A DNA stretch of 64,000 bases from an uncultured Flavobacteriaceae bacterium (GCA_963805885.1 CAWDWC010000007.1:16732-80731), one strand, 5' to 3'; positions 1-9,351 are shown, counted from the stretch's first letter. Numbers and translations: made by a program. The notes: generated from the letters alone by a model not told the origin.

Positions 1-154
1 AGGCGAAAAACATAGTTATACCAGTGGCTGCCTTTTATACTCTCCATTTGGTGCAATGAAAGGCCATTACAATATGGTCAACTTCACAAATACCAGAAAA
101 TTTCGGGTTTCCATTCCGCTTTTCAATTTAAGCGCTCCTTTTTCAATGAATTGA
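1..154 (+). CDS. apaG: ApaG protein, 3' end only (truncated by window start)
   Basis: Not in the ORF track. Manual translation from base 2 gives GEKHSYTSGCLLYSPFGAMKGHYNMVNFTNTRKFRVSIPLFNLSAPFSMN-stop (TGA 152-154), matching the ApaG C-terminal YTSGC..L..P.G.M.G.Y motif. Confidence 0.88.
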   Translation, partial: GEKHSYTSGCLLYSPFGAMKGHYNMVNFTNTRKFRVSIPLFNLSAPFSMN

Positions 155-183
155 TTCTACTGAAACCCTGAATTCTACTGTTC

Positions 184-894
184 CTATAATTCAAATACTG
201 ATTTACTGATTTCTTCTTTTTGTAAATCTTCGTATCGCATTTCTACAGCATTTTCCTTTTTTAAAATCTGTGTAATACTTTTTGTTTTTATGAAACCTCG
301 ATCCATTATAAGGCTACTGCTCAAATCGCCTTCGCCTGCGTTTTTGTGGAATTGGAGCAGTTTATCTTCTGAAGGTTTTACTGTTTCAAACAAAAATTCT
401 GAAAACCATTTTTCTCGTTTTTTCTTTAAGTTCTCGGGGTATAATGGTGAGGAAGACCATATTTGGGGTGCCCACGGTTCTTCGGAAAAATGATATTCAG
501 TTCCGTCCCAAACCAATTGAAACAATTTCAAAGCGGTTTTCCATTCAACCAAAACAGCAGTGAAAGGTTCTATTTCGTTGAAATCATAATTGGTTATTTC
601 TGCTTTTAGATGGTCTGTTTTCAAAAGATCTTTTACTACCAAACCCCTACTCTTTCGGTAAAAAGGTTTTCGTTCGTGCGCTACAAAACCGCCATTCATC
701 AAACAGACAATTCGTTTTTTATCACTTGCACCAATCCACGTTCCTCCGGCCACGGCATCTTTAGGATAAAGTAGTTTTACACCTTCTTCTTCATAGATTT
801 CTGGCGGAAAAGTTTCACGCCCTGGAGCTTCATCGCGATTTGAAGTTAGTATAAAATCGTTGTTGGATTTTGGGATAAAAGTTATTGTACACAT
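184..894 (-). CDS. NRDE/TANGO2 family protein
   Basis: N-terminal MCT followed by SNRDE, GGTWIG and CLMNG motifs. Confidence 0.9.
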   Translation of the reverse strand: MCTITFIPKSNNDFILTSNRDEAPGRETFPPEIYEEEGVKLLYPKDAVAGGTWIGASDKKRIVCLMNGGFVAHERKPFYRKSRGLVVKDLLKTDHLKAEITNYDFNEIEPFTAVLVEWKTALKLFQLVWDGTEYHFSEEPWAPQIWSSSPLYPENLKKKREKWFSEFLFETVKPSEDKLLQFHKNAGEGDLSSSLIMDRGFIKTKSITQILKKENAVEMRYEDLQKEEISKSVFEL

Positions 895-900
895 CTGCTA

Positions 901-995
901 AAATTGAAATTTCAAATTGAAAGTGACAAATTCCAAATAAATTTCAAATAAAAAGTTCCAAATTCCAAATAAAATTCAGATGGCAAATACCAAGT
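901..995. repeat. Degenerate AAATTCC/AAATTTC-type short tandem repeat tract
   Basis: Units aaattg, aaatttc, aaattcc, aagttcc, aaattcc and aaatacc recur about ten times in the intergenic region. Confidence 0.55.
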
Positions 996-1056
996 TAAAA
1001 AAATGACTTAGCCAATTTGGGGTTTAGAAATTCAAGGTTTGCTGCTACCATTTTTG

Positions 1057-1064
1057 TACCTTTG
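1057..1064 (+). promoter_or_regulatory. Bacteroidota housekeeping promoter -7 element (TAnnTTTG) for pruA
   Basis: TACCTTTG about 30 nt upstream of ATG 1096. Confidence 0.7.
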
Positions 1065-1095
1065 CACTCTTCATAAACAGAAAAACAAAAAAGTT

Positions 1096-2721
1096 ATGGG
1101 AAATGGATTTTTTGAAGTACCAATCGCAGTAAACGAACCAATAAAAAGCTACGCGCCAGGTTCTCCAGAACGCAAGGAAGTACTTGAAACTTATAAAAAA
1201 ATGTACGACACGAAAGTGGAAGTGCCTTTATTCATCAACGGTAAAGAGGTTAAAACCAAAGACACCAGCACGATGTCTCCCCCACACGACCACAAACACG
1301 TTTTGGGAACTTACCATAAAGCTACCAAGAAAAATGTGGAAGAAGCTATTTCAACTTCATTGGAAGCTAGAAAAAAATGGGCTGCAATGCCATGGCAACA
1401 ACGCGCAGGTATTTTTCTACGGGCAGCCGAGTTGATTGCTGGACCTTACAGAGCAAAGATTAATGCTGCAACTATGCTTGCGCAATCTAAAAACATATAT
1501 CAGGCAGAGATAGATTCAGCTTGCGAACTTATTGATTTCTTACGATTCAATGTTCAGTATATGACTGAAATATATGCGGAACAACCAGAATCTACTTCTG
1601 CTGCTTGGAACCGAATTGAATACCGCCCATTGGAAGGTTTTATTTATGCCATTACACCTTTCAACTTTACCGCCATTGCCGGAAATCTTCCTGCTAGTGC
1701 GGCATTGATGGGCAATGTGGTTCTTTGGAAACCGAGCGATAGCCAGGTTTATTCAGCAAAAGTTATTTTGGATGTCTTTAGAGAGGCTGGTGTACCAGCG
1801 GGCGTAATAAATATGGTAATGGGTGATCCAGTGATGATTACAGATACTGTACTTGCAAGCCCAGATTTCAGTGGAATCCACTTTACAGGCTCAACAAACG
1901 TTTTTAAAGGTATCTGGCAAAAAGTTGGAACCAATATTCACAATTATAAAACCTACCCGCGCATTGTTGGTGAAACTGGAGGAAAAGACTTTATTGTTGC
2001 GCATAAAACCGCAAACCCTAAACAAGTTGCCACGGCAATGAGCCGTGGTGCTTTTGAATTTCAAGGGCAAAAATGTAGTGCTGCCAGCAGATGCTATATT
2101 TCAGAAAGTATATGGAAAGATGTGAAAAATGACTTGGTTGCGGACATAAGCTCTTTTAAAATGGGTTCTCCCGAAGATATGAACAACTTTATTACTGCTG
2201 TTATCCACGAAGGCTCTTTTGATAAACTAGCAAAATATATAGATGCCGCCAAGAAAGACAAAAATGTGGAAATAATTGCCGGGGGAAATTACGACAAGAG
2301 CAAAGGTTACTTTATTGAACCTACAGTTATTGTTGTGAAAGACCCAAAGTACACTACTATGTGCACCGAGCTTTTTGGACCGGTTTTGACGGTTTATGTT
2401 TTTGAAGATAAAAAATGGGAAGAGACGTTGCATTTGGTTGACGAAACTAGTGAATACGCATTAACCGGTGCTGTTTTCAGTGAAGACAGATACGCTTTGG
2501 AAGATGCTGTGAGAATTCTCGAAAATGCTGCAGGTAATTTCTACATCAATGATAAACCTACGGGAGCAGTTGTTGGCCAACAACCATTTGGTGGCGCAAG
2601 AGCTAGTGGAACCAACGACAAAGCGGGAAGCAAATTGAACCTTTACAGATGGGTTTCACCAAGAATGGTGAAGGAGACTTTTGTTTCACCAACGGATTAC
2701 AGATATCCTTTTTTGGGATAA
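1096..2721 (+). CDS. pruA: L-glutamate gamma-semialdehyde (P5C) dehydrogenase
   Basis: ALDH motifs PFNF, FTGS, GETGGK, FQGQKCSA, ELFGP and QQPFGGARASGTNDK. Start placed at ATG 1096 because the longer TTG start overlaps the promoter. Confidence 0.95.
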   Translation: MGNGFFEVPIAVNEPIKSYAPGSPERKEVLETYKKMYDTKVEVPLFINGKEVKTKDTSTMSPPHDHKHVLGTYHKATKKNVEEAISTSLEARKKWAAMPWQQRAGIFLRAAELIAGPYRAKINAATMLAQSKNIYQAEIDSACELIDFLRFNVQYMTEIYAEQPESTSAAWNRIEYRPLEGFIYAITPFNFTAIAGNLPASAALMGNVVLWKPSDSQVYSAKVILDVFREAGVPAGVINMVMGDPVMITDTVLASPDFSGIHFTGSTNVFKGIWQKVGTNIHNYKTYPRIVGETGGKDFIVAHKTANPKQVATAMSRGAFEFQGQKCSAASRCYISESIWKDVKNDLVADISSFKMGSPEDMNNFITAVIHEGSFDKLAKYIDAAKKDKNVEIIAGGNYDKSKGYFIEPTVIVVKDPKYTTMCTELFGPVLTVYVFEDKKWEETLHLVDETSEYALTGAVFSEDRYALEDAVRILENAAGNFYINDKPTGAVVGQQPFGGARASGTNDKAGSKLNLYRWVSPRMVKETFVSPTDYRYPFLG

Positions 2722-2740
2722 GATTTGAATTAAATTAATT

Positions 2741-2778
2741 AAAAAACCCATCCCGAAATATTTCAGGATGGGTTTTTT
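2741..2778. terminator. Bidirectional intrinsic terminator
   Basis: AAAAAACCCATCC-cgaaatatttca-GGATGGGTTTTTT between convergent genes. Confidence 0.85.
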
Positions 2779-2799
2779 AATTTTAAGTAAGGCTTTCCT

Positions 2800-4122
2800 T
2801 TACTGGAAGATTTTATTTTCGCCTAATTCAGCATATTGTGAGTTTTTTGCGCTGTTATCAGCTTTCACCACCATTACCACAAAACTTAAATTGTTAGCAT
2901 TGTATTCAGCTGGAACGTCGAATGTGTATGTTTTTGAATGAACTTCATAAGCTGAGGTCTCTGGAATAGCATCACCGAAAAGCCCTGAAAGTGAGTTACG
3001 CAAAGCATCATCATGAATAAAACCTACAATGGGATTGCCCATTCCATAATAAGGACTAGCAGGAGTTGAATCAAAATAATTGGCTTGATCCGCAACAATT
3101 CCACTTTCCAACAAATACACCACCAATTTATCGCCTGGCTCGGAGCCATTTCTATAAACCACTTTTGCATCCACAGAAAGAGTAGAACCACTAATTTGTG
3201 AGTTGATAGCAATAGAAAGATCTGTCTCTAAACCTGCAATACTTGTTAATACATCAAAGTCATAAATTAGAGAACTAGGAGGTGTGGCATTCCATTTTAC
3301 GGTTCTGTTTAATTGCGTTTGAGGAAAACTATCGGGCACATCAAATTCAGCCTGTAGATCGTCAACTTGAGCAAAATCCATAGGATCAGGTGGGCCAATT
3401 GAACTTTCATGTATTGCAACTACTGAAACGTGGTGATCAGTCAATACCTTCGCCGAATCAATAGCCACTAAAGCTTTTAAGCAATAGCCACACCAAGTAC
3501 CTGTATAATCTTCTAAAACAATATTTCTTTTAGGAATATAAACTGAAAAGGTTTTTACTGGTGTTGTATAGCTTTCATTATTTACAATATATTCGGCATA
3601 TACCTCAAAACTTCCCTCATTGGCGGAAGCAAAGGTAAATCCTGAAATAGCACTTCCATCTATATAAAAAGTTGCTTCAGAAGCAGTATTGTTCCCATTT
3701 CCGTCCAAGAGACCAAAAGTAATAGTTTGGTTATTCATCGCTCTGGAAACATCAATTATCAAAGCTCTTTCCGTAGGCGCAAGCACTTCAAAATTAAGAA
3801 TATTACTAGTGATACTTTCATATACTGCTTTTACGGTATACGTTCCAGTACTAGTGAATGTATAAGATGGTTCTGGAATTTCAATATCATTCACATATAT
3901 TTTTGAAAAAGAAGTATAATCTTCTCCATCACTTCCTGTAATCGTGAAAGTAACCATTTGATTTGTTGACAACACTTCAATTTCACCATCTCCAGCATCA
4001 CTTTTTAGAGCTATTGAAAGGTTTTGCGTTTGAGTTCCAATGGGGTCCTCTTTTTTGCTACATGCAGCAATTGCTACAAATGCAAAAAGAAGTAAAAATT
4101 TAAAATAGGGATACTTTTTCAT
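2800..4122 (-). CDS. Omp28-related lipoprotein with thioredoxin-like CxxC domain
   Basis: Lipobox IAAC followed by SKKED; two repeated Ig-like segments; VLEDYTGTWCGYC; Omp28-like LVVYLLE..I...QANY and H..ALR motifs. Confidence 0.85.
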   Translation of the reverse strand: MKKYPYFKFLLLFAFVAIAACSKKEDPIGTQTQNLSIALKSDAGDGEIEVLSTNQMVTFTITGSDGEDYTSFSKIYVNDIEIPEPSYTFTSTGTYTVKAVYESITSNILNFEVLAPTERALIIDVSRAMNNQTITFGLLDGNGNNTASEATFYIDGSAISGFTFASANEGSFEVYAEYIVNNESYTTPVKTFSVYIPKRNIVLEDYTGTWCGYCLKALVAIDSAKVLTDHHVSVVAIHESSIGPPDPMDFAQVDDLQAEFDVPDSFPQTQLNRTVKWNATPPSSLIYDFDVLTSIAGLETDLSIAINSQISGSTLSVDAKVVYRNGSEPGDKLVVYLLESGIVADQANYFDSTPASPYYGMGNPIVGFIHDDALRNSLSGLFGDAIPETSAYEVHSKTYTFDVPAEYNANNLSFVVMVVKADNSAKNSQYAELGENKIFQ

Positions 4123-4280
4123 AACAAATTATTAAAAATGAAGTGCGCTAATATAATCTATTTATAAAAAAAGGCACAGTTTTAGAGTGTTAAATCAATA
4201 ATTTTCAATGAAACAAATTAAGTTTTTATTAAAAATAACTTAATATTGCTTCTCTTTAATTAATTTTTAAAATTTATTTG

Positions 4281-4772
4281 ATGAAAAAATTACTTCCCCT
4301 TCTTCTTGTATTGATCACTTTCGGTGCTATTGCTCAAAATGATTTGCCAAAAATTGATATGACTACCTTAGATGGCAAGGCAATCAATTCAAATGATTTA
4401 TCCACGGACGACAACGTTATTGTAGTATCGCTTTGGGCCACGTGGTGTGTTCCCTGCATAAAAGAGCTGGATGCTATTAGTGAAGTATATTTAGATTGGC
4501 AAGCAGAAACCAATGTAAAACTCTACGCAGTTTCCATAGACGATAGTCGCGGTGTGAAACGTGTAAAACCTTTAGTAAATGGAAAGGGATGGGAGTATAC
4601 TGTTCTTCTGGACACCAACAATGACTTTAAGCGTGCCGTTGGCGCCGCCACTGTACCATTAACCCTTTTAGTGAAAAACAATAAGATTGTTTACAGGCAT
4701 TCTGGCTATAGCCCAGGCGCAGAGATGGAGCTTTATGAAAAAATAAAGGAATTTTCTACAGCATCTAATTAA
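4281..4772 (+). CDS. TlpA/ResA-family thiol-disulfide oxidoreductase, periplasmic
   Basis: SLWATWCVPC, AVSIDD and cis-Pro TVP motifs; cleavable signal peptide ending AIA-Q. ATG 4281 preferred over TTG 4278. Confidence 0.92.
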   Translation: MKKLLPLLLVLITFGAIAQNDLPKIDMTTLDGKAINSNDLSTDDNVIVVSLWATWCVPCIKELDAISEVYLDWQAETNVKLYAVSIDDSRGVKRVKPLVNGKGWEYTVLLDTNNDFKRAVGAATVPLTLLVKNNKIVYRHSGYSPGAEMELYEKIKEFSTASN

Positions 4773-4796
4773 AAATTTACCAACCAAACCTATAAA

Positions 4797-6458
4797 ATGA
4801 AAAAACTTATTCTTGGAGCCTTTATGTTTATGGGCGCCATCTCCTTTTCGCAAGACAATGGCTACTTTTTTGGTGGCTTAGAATCAAACTCACAATGGCT
4901 TGTGCCAGATGATAAAATTGGTTTCGATGCTCCAGAAGATCGATTTAGATCTAATAATTATTTTCAGTTTAATTATACACTGGGAAAATTCACTGCAGGA
5001 GTTCAATATGAAGCATATCTACCTACAGTTCTTTTGGGATACTCCCCCACTTGGGAAAATCAAAATGGAATTGGAACGTATTATTTAAACTTCAAAAATG
5101 AAACCCTAGATGTTACTGGAGGTTATTTTTATGAACAATTTGGTAGTGGCTTGATTCTTAGAACATGGGAAGATCGCCAATTGGGGATCAACAACGCTCT
5201 CAAAGGACTTCGAGTTAAATTTACTCCAACTGCCAACCTTGACATTACAGGTGTTTACGGTCAAATCAGAAACGGTTTTGATGTTTCTGAAGGAGTCATG
5301 CAAGGTCTTGATGCCAATGCAGATTTAAGCGGACTTTTAAATATTGATGCCGTTGACCTGAAGTTGGGCGCAAGCTATGTAGGCCGTTACCAATCAAACG
5401 GTGCCAATGATTCCATTCCTGCAAACATTAATGCTTATGGAGGAAGACTGGATTTTGTTGCTGAAAATTTCTATGGAGGCGTTGAAGCAATCACCAAAGA
5501 TCCGGATGTACTTGTTAACGAAGGCGAAATTGCCTCACCCCAACTTTTTGATGGCACAGCACTTCAAGTTAACTTGGGGTATGCCCAAAAAGGATTGGGA
5601 ATTAATTCCACTTTCAGAAGACTGGAAAATTTCAGTTTTTACGCAGACCGTTATGCGGAAGGAAATTTATATAACGAACAAATTGTAAACTACGTTCCCG
5701 CCCTTACAAAACAACACGATTATTTATTGTCAAATATATATGTATATAATGCACAGCCTCGTTTATTTTTCGGTGATACTGAAAAAAGAGCCGGGGAAGT
5801 AGGTACACAGTTAGATGTTTATTTTTCGTTTGACAAAGAGTCTACCTTGGGAAAACTTGGAACCAAATTAGCAGGAAACTTTTCCTATTGGGCGGGTCTT
5901 GAGGCTACCTATAATGATGCCGAACAAACCTATGACGCAAAATTTATTGGAGATGGATCTCGTTATTTCCGCGATCTTAACATTGAAATCAAAAACCGTT
6001 GGTCTTCAAAATGGAGCTCTGTAGCCACCTTTCAAGATGTAATTATTGACAAGGGTGTTACTGAAGGGGGACCATTGGGAGTCCAAGGTGATATTAGAGC
6101 CCAAATAGCCGTAATTGAAGCAACACGTCGTTTTGAAGGCGGAAAAGCCTTACGTATGGAATTACAACATCTTTGGATAGACAAAAGCAGAAAAAATGTT
6201 GATAGAAAAAACTGGGCCGCTGGAGTATTGGAATACAACTTTAGCCCTGCCTTAACCCTTTACGCAGCAGATGCCTGGAATTATGAAGGCGAAGGAGAAA
6301 TCCACTACTACAGTTTTGGCGGAAGTTATTCCAAAGGCTCTGCTCGTTTTGCATTAAACTATGGCCGTCAGCGAGGTGGTTTAATTTGCGTGGGTGGTGT
6401 ATGTAGGTTTGTCCCTGAAAACACTGGCTTGACTGCCAATCTTGTTGTTACTTTTTAA
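4797..6458 (+). CDS. DUF6029-like outer-membrane beta-barrel protein
   Basis: Signal peptide; amphipathic strands; G.FYEQFGSGLILR.WE.R.LG motif; C-terminal YGRQRGGLICVGGVCRFVPE; terminal Phe. Confidence 0.8.
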   Translation: MKKLILGAFMFMGAISFSQDNGYFFGGLESNSQWLVPDDKIGFDAPEDRFRSNNYFQFNYTLGKFTAGVQYEAYLPTVLLGYSPTWENQNGIGTYYLNFKNETLDVTGGYFYEQFGSGLILRTWEDRQLGINNALKGLRVKFTPTANLDITGVYGQIRNGFDVSEGVMQGLDANADLSGLLNIDAVDLKLGASYVGRYQSNGANDSIPANINAYGGRLDFVAENFYGGVEAITKDPDVLVNEGEIASPQLFDGTALQVNLGYAQKGLGINSTFRRLENFSFYADRYAEGNLYNEQIVNYVPALTKQHDYLLSNIYVYNAQPRLFFGDTEKRAGEVGTQLDVYFSFDKESTLGKLGTKLAGNFSYWAGLEATYNDAEQTYDAKFIGDGSRYFRDLNIEIKNRWSSKWSSVATFQDVIIDKGVTEGGPLGVQGDIRAQIAVIEATRRFEGGKALRMELQHLWIDKSRKNVDRKNWAAGVLEYNFSPALTLYAADAWNYEGEGEIHYYSFGGSYSKGSARFALNYGRQRGGLICVGGVCRFVPENTGLTANLVVTF

Positions 6459-6485
6459 GAAGTATACTTCATATATAATTATAAT

Positions 6486-6523
6486 AAAAAAAGGGCTTCG
6501 AAATATTTCGAAGCCCTTTTTTT
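6486..6523. terminator. Bidirectional intrinsic terminator
   Basis: AAAAAAAGGGCTTCGAAA-ta-TTTCGAAGCCCTTTTTTT perfect inverted repeat between convergent genes. Confidence 0.9.
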
Positions 6524-6542
6524 ATTAGTTTGATTTATTAGA

Positions 6543-7280
6543 TTACTGAACAACAATTTTAGTTGTCTGAGTAGCTCCTTTTTCGTTTTGGAATTGAACG
6601 ATATAAGCTTGTGCGCTTAAATCTGACATATTAACTTCTTGACGACCTGTTTCAAAACGAGCTTGTTTTACAATACGTCCTCTTAAGTCGTAAACAAGCA
6701 TACTTACCGGCTCATTAACATCCAAAACCAATTGATCGGTAACCACAGTAGACTGAACTTTTAATTTAACAACGTTATTATCGTTTACACCCAATAAATT
6801 AGGATCGTAACGATATGTAAAGGTTAAAGGCGTTCCTATTTCAGTAACACCATCTGCTTCATATTGATGGAAGGCAAAAATATAATCTAGAATATCTGTA
6901 CCGTTACCTGGATCAGCATTTAAAAAGTGGTTTCCTTGACCTGTAGTTTCTCCAACAGCAATTGGGAAAACTTCTGGTGCAGTAGGAATTGTGAACCCAA
7001 CTGAAAGATCAGTATAGCACTGTAATGCATAACATAATTCAAAGAACTCTCCTGTAGCATTTACAGCATCAACAAATTCAATTCTTGTATAAATTGTTTC
7101 TGACGGATTATCATTGGTAACGAAAAACTCCCAATTAGCTTCTGTTCCATATCCTTGAACTCCAAATTCCAAGACATCGCCATTGCTAAGTTCATTTCCA
7201 TTTATGTCTGTCACGGTATATTGTGCATTTGCAATTGCAACAGAACCCAATAAGGTTAAAAGAAGTAATTTAAGTTTCAT
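6543..7280 (-). CDS. Small T9SS type A CTD-containing secreted protein with CX4C motif
   Basis: Signal peptide ANA-Q; ELCYALQCY; CTD with VYDLRGRIV, LSAQAYIV and TKIVVQ. Confidence 0.85.
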   Translation of the reverse strand: MKLKLLLLTLLGSVAIANAQYTVTDINGNELSNGDVLEFGVQGYGTEANWEFFVTNDNPSETIYTRIEFVDAVNATGEFFELCYALQCYTDLSVGFTIPTAPEVFPIAVGETTGQGNHFLNADPGNGTDILDYIFAFHQYEADGVTEIGTPLTFTYRYDPNLLGVNDNNVVKLKVQSTVVTDQLVLDVNEPVSMLVYDLRGRIVKQARFETGRQEVNMSDLSAQAYIVQFQNEKGATQTTKIVVQ

Positions 7281-7332
7281 TTTTTTTGATTTTTAGATTA
7301 ATTTATTTTCAATATTAATTTACTAAGATTTA

Positions 7333-7340
7333 CAAAAGTA
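7333..7340 (-). promoter_or_regulatory. TAnnTTTG promoter element for the 7280 gene
   Basis: CAAAAGTA on + strand = TACTTTTG on - strand, 53 nt upstream of the start. Confidence 0.6.
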
Positions 7341-7620
7341 AAGATAAAAATTAAAAACCATCACTTGTTTATACATTCTATTACAGATATTTAACATTTC
7401 AACGCGAAAATTTGAATGAAGGTTCTATGAGTTTATTCAACTTTAGCTTCATTGTCCCATTAATTTATATTATTTTATACAATATTGAATTTCTGTATTT
7501 TTTAAATAGTATTTTTCATTTCAGTGAATTTATTTAAGGTTCTCTAATTAAAAAATAATATTTTAACACTTAAAGCATAAAAAAGTATAGTTCAAGCAAT
7601 TAAAATAAATTATAAAAAAG

Positions 7621-7628
7621 TACATTTG
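7621..7628 (+). promoter_or_regulatory. TAnnTTTG promoter element for the 7672 gene
   Basis: TACATTTG about 45 nt upstream of the ATG. Confidence 0.6.
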
Positions 7629-7671
7629 TAGTTATACTTATTTTTTCAAAACATAAAAAATCTAAAAAATC

Positions 7672-9351
7672 ATGTTAAAAAAACTACCCCTAAGTTTAGT
7701 TTTTACGTTGTTAGCCGCTGTTACATATGGTCAAACAATCGTATCAACTTCCCCTCAAGATCAAAATGTAGTTCTTGAAGAATTTACAGGAATCCATTGT
7801 GTGTATTGTCCTCAAGGTCATGCAATTGCAAAGGCAATACAAGACGCCCATCCTGATAACGTATCATTAGTCAACATTCATGTTGGAAGCTACGCCAACC
7901 CTGGCCCCGGCGAACCGGATTTCAGAACACCATACGGTTCTGCTATTGTTGGCCAATCTGGTTTAACAGGTTACCCGGGAGGTACCGTAAACCGACACGT
8001 TTTTCCCGGTCGTGGTATGACTAACGGAGGAACAGCAATGGGCCGAGGCAGTTGGACCATTTCAGCAAATGAAACTCTAGCAATAGGATCTCCAGTAAAT
8101 GTGGGTGTTGAAGCAGTAATAGACGTTCAGACGAATCTTCTCACAGTTCACGTTGAAGGATATTATACCAGCAACAGCCCACAAGGGACTAACTTATTGA
8201 ATGTTGCTTTATTACAAAACAATACCAAAGGACCACAAACAGGTGGTGGAGCAGGAAATAATTACAACCACATGCACAGACTTGTTGAAATGATTACTGG
8301 CCAATGGGGCGAAGTTATCAATACAACAACTTCTGGAACTTTTGTGGATCGTACTTATACATATACCATACCAGCAGATTACAATGGCGTCCCAGTTGAG
8401 CTTGCCGATATGGAAGTAGTTGCTTTTATTTCAAACACGCATCAAGAAATTCCTAGCGGAAACAGAGCATACCCAACCTACACTGGAATTACAAATGCAA
8501 ATGATGCAAACCTTAGATATATTGCTGAACTTCCAAATACTTGTAGCGATAATATTGCTCCACAAGTAAACATTCAAAATACAGGTCAAAATCCAATTAC
8601 TTCTTTGAATATAGAATACACAATCAACGGAGACGTTCATAATTATAATTGGACCGGTGAAATTCTATCACTTCGCAATGAAACTATTGAACTTCCTGAA
8701 GTTTCCTACACCTTGCAAGGAACCAATACCGTAGAAGTTAGTTTACCTAATGATGACGATAACTCCAACAATGATGCTTCACAAACTTTTGATGAAGCGG
8801 TTGCCGGTACAGGCACTGTTTATATGGAATTACATACTGATAATTGGGGAAATGAGTGCAGATGGAATGTAAGAGATGGCTCAGGTGCAGTTATATATAT
8901 TGGCGGACCTTATGGTAACAATCAAACCATAAATGTAACTTTTGAACTAGCTGCAGACTGCTATTCATATACTATTCTTGATACTCAAGGAGATGGTGGT
9001 GGTGCTATAACAGTTACAGACAGTGACGGAACAGTAATATACGCTACAAATGGTAACTATGGCGCAGGAGCGACTACACAGTTTTCTAGCAATGGAATAT
9101 TAGGTGTAACCCAAAGTCAACTTGACAATATTAGCTTGTATCCAAATCCAGCTAGTACTGTATTAAATCTTAAAAATGCTGAAAATGCAACCATCCAGGT
9201 ATATGATATTCTTGGAAAAATGATTCTTTCACAAGAAAACATTTCTATGGATGAGCAAATTAATGTTGCAAACCTTCAAACTGGAACATACTTTCTGAAA
9301 ATTTCCAAGGACAATCTTGTAACTACAAAGAGGTTCCTAATTTCAAAATAA
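7672..9351 (+). CDS. Omp28-related CxxC protein with T9SS type A CTD
   Basis: Signal peptide; VLEEFTGIHCVYCP; YNHMHRL; CARDB-like segment ending DDDNSNN; CTD LYPNPA..VYDILGK..LQTGTYFLKI..KRFLISK. Confidence 0.88.
   Translation: MLKKLPLSLVFTLLAAVTYGQTIVSTSPQDQNVVLEEFTGIHCVYCPQGHAIAKAIQDAHPDNVSLVNIHVGSYANPGPGEPDFRTPYGSAIVGQSGLTGYPGGTVNRHVFPGRGMTNGGTAMGRGSWTISANETLAIGSPVNVGVEAVIDVQTNLLTVHVEGYYTSNSPQGTNLLNVALLQNNTKGPQTGGGAGNNYNHMHRLVEMITGQWGEVINTTTSGTFVDRTYTYTIPADYNGVPVELADMEVVAFISNTHQEIPSGNRAYPTYTGITNANDANLRYIAELPNTCSDNIAPQVNIQNTGQNPITSLNIEYTINGDVHNYNWTGEILSLRNETIELPEVSYTLQGTNTVEVSLPNDDDNSNNDASQTFDEAVAGTGTVYMELHTDNWGNECRWNVRDGSGAVIYIGGPYGNNQTINVTFELAADCYSYTILDTQGDGGGAITVTDSDGTVIYATNGNYGAGATTQFSSNGILGVTQSQLDNISLYPNPASTVLNLKNAENATIQVYDILGKMILSQENISMDEQINVANLQTGTYFLKISKDNLVTTKRFLISK

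Noticed and set aside
1039-1095. N-terminal extensions in the ORF track (pruA, also NUDIX, trkH, ubiE, trmH, tamL, rpe, susC, HYC_CC_PP, XrtF partner, GAF protein)
   Set aside because: The extensions overlap promoters, terminators or neighbouring genes; downstream starts fit family N-termini better.
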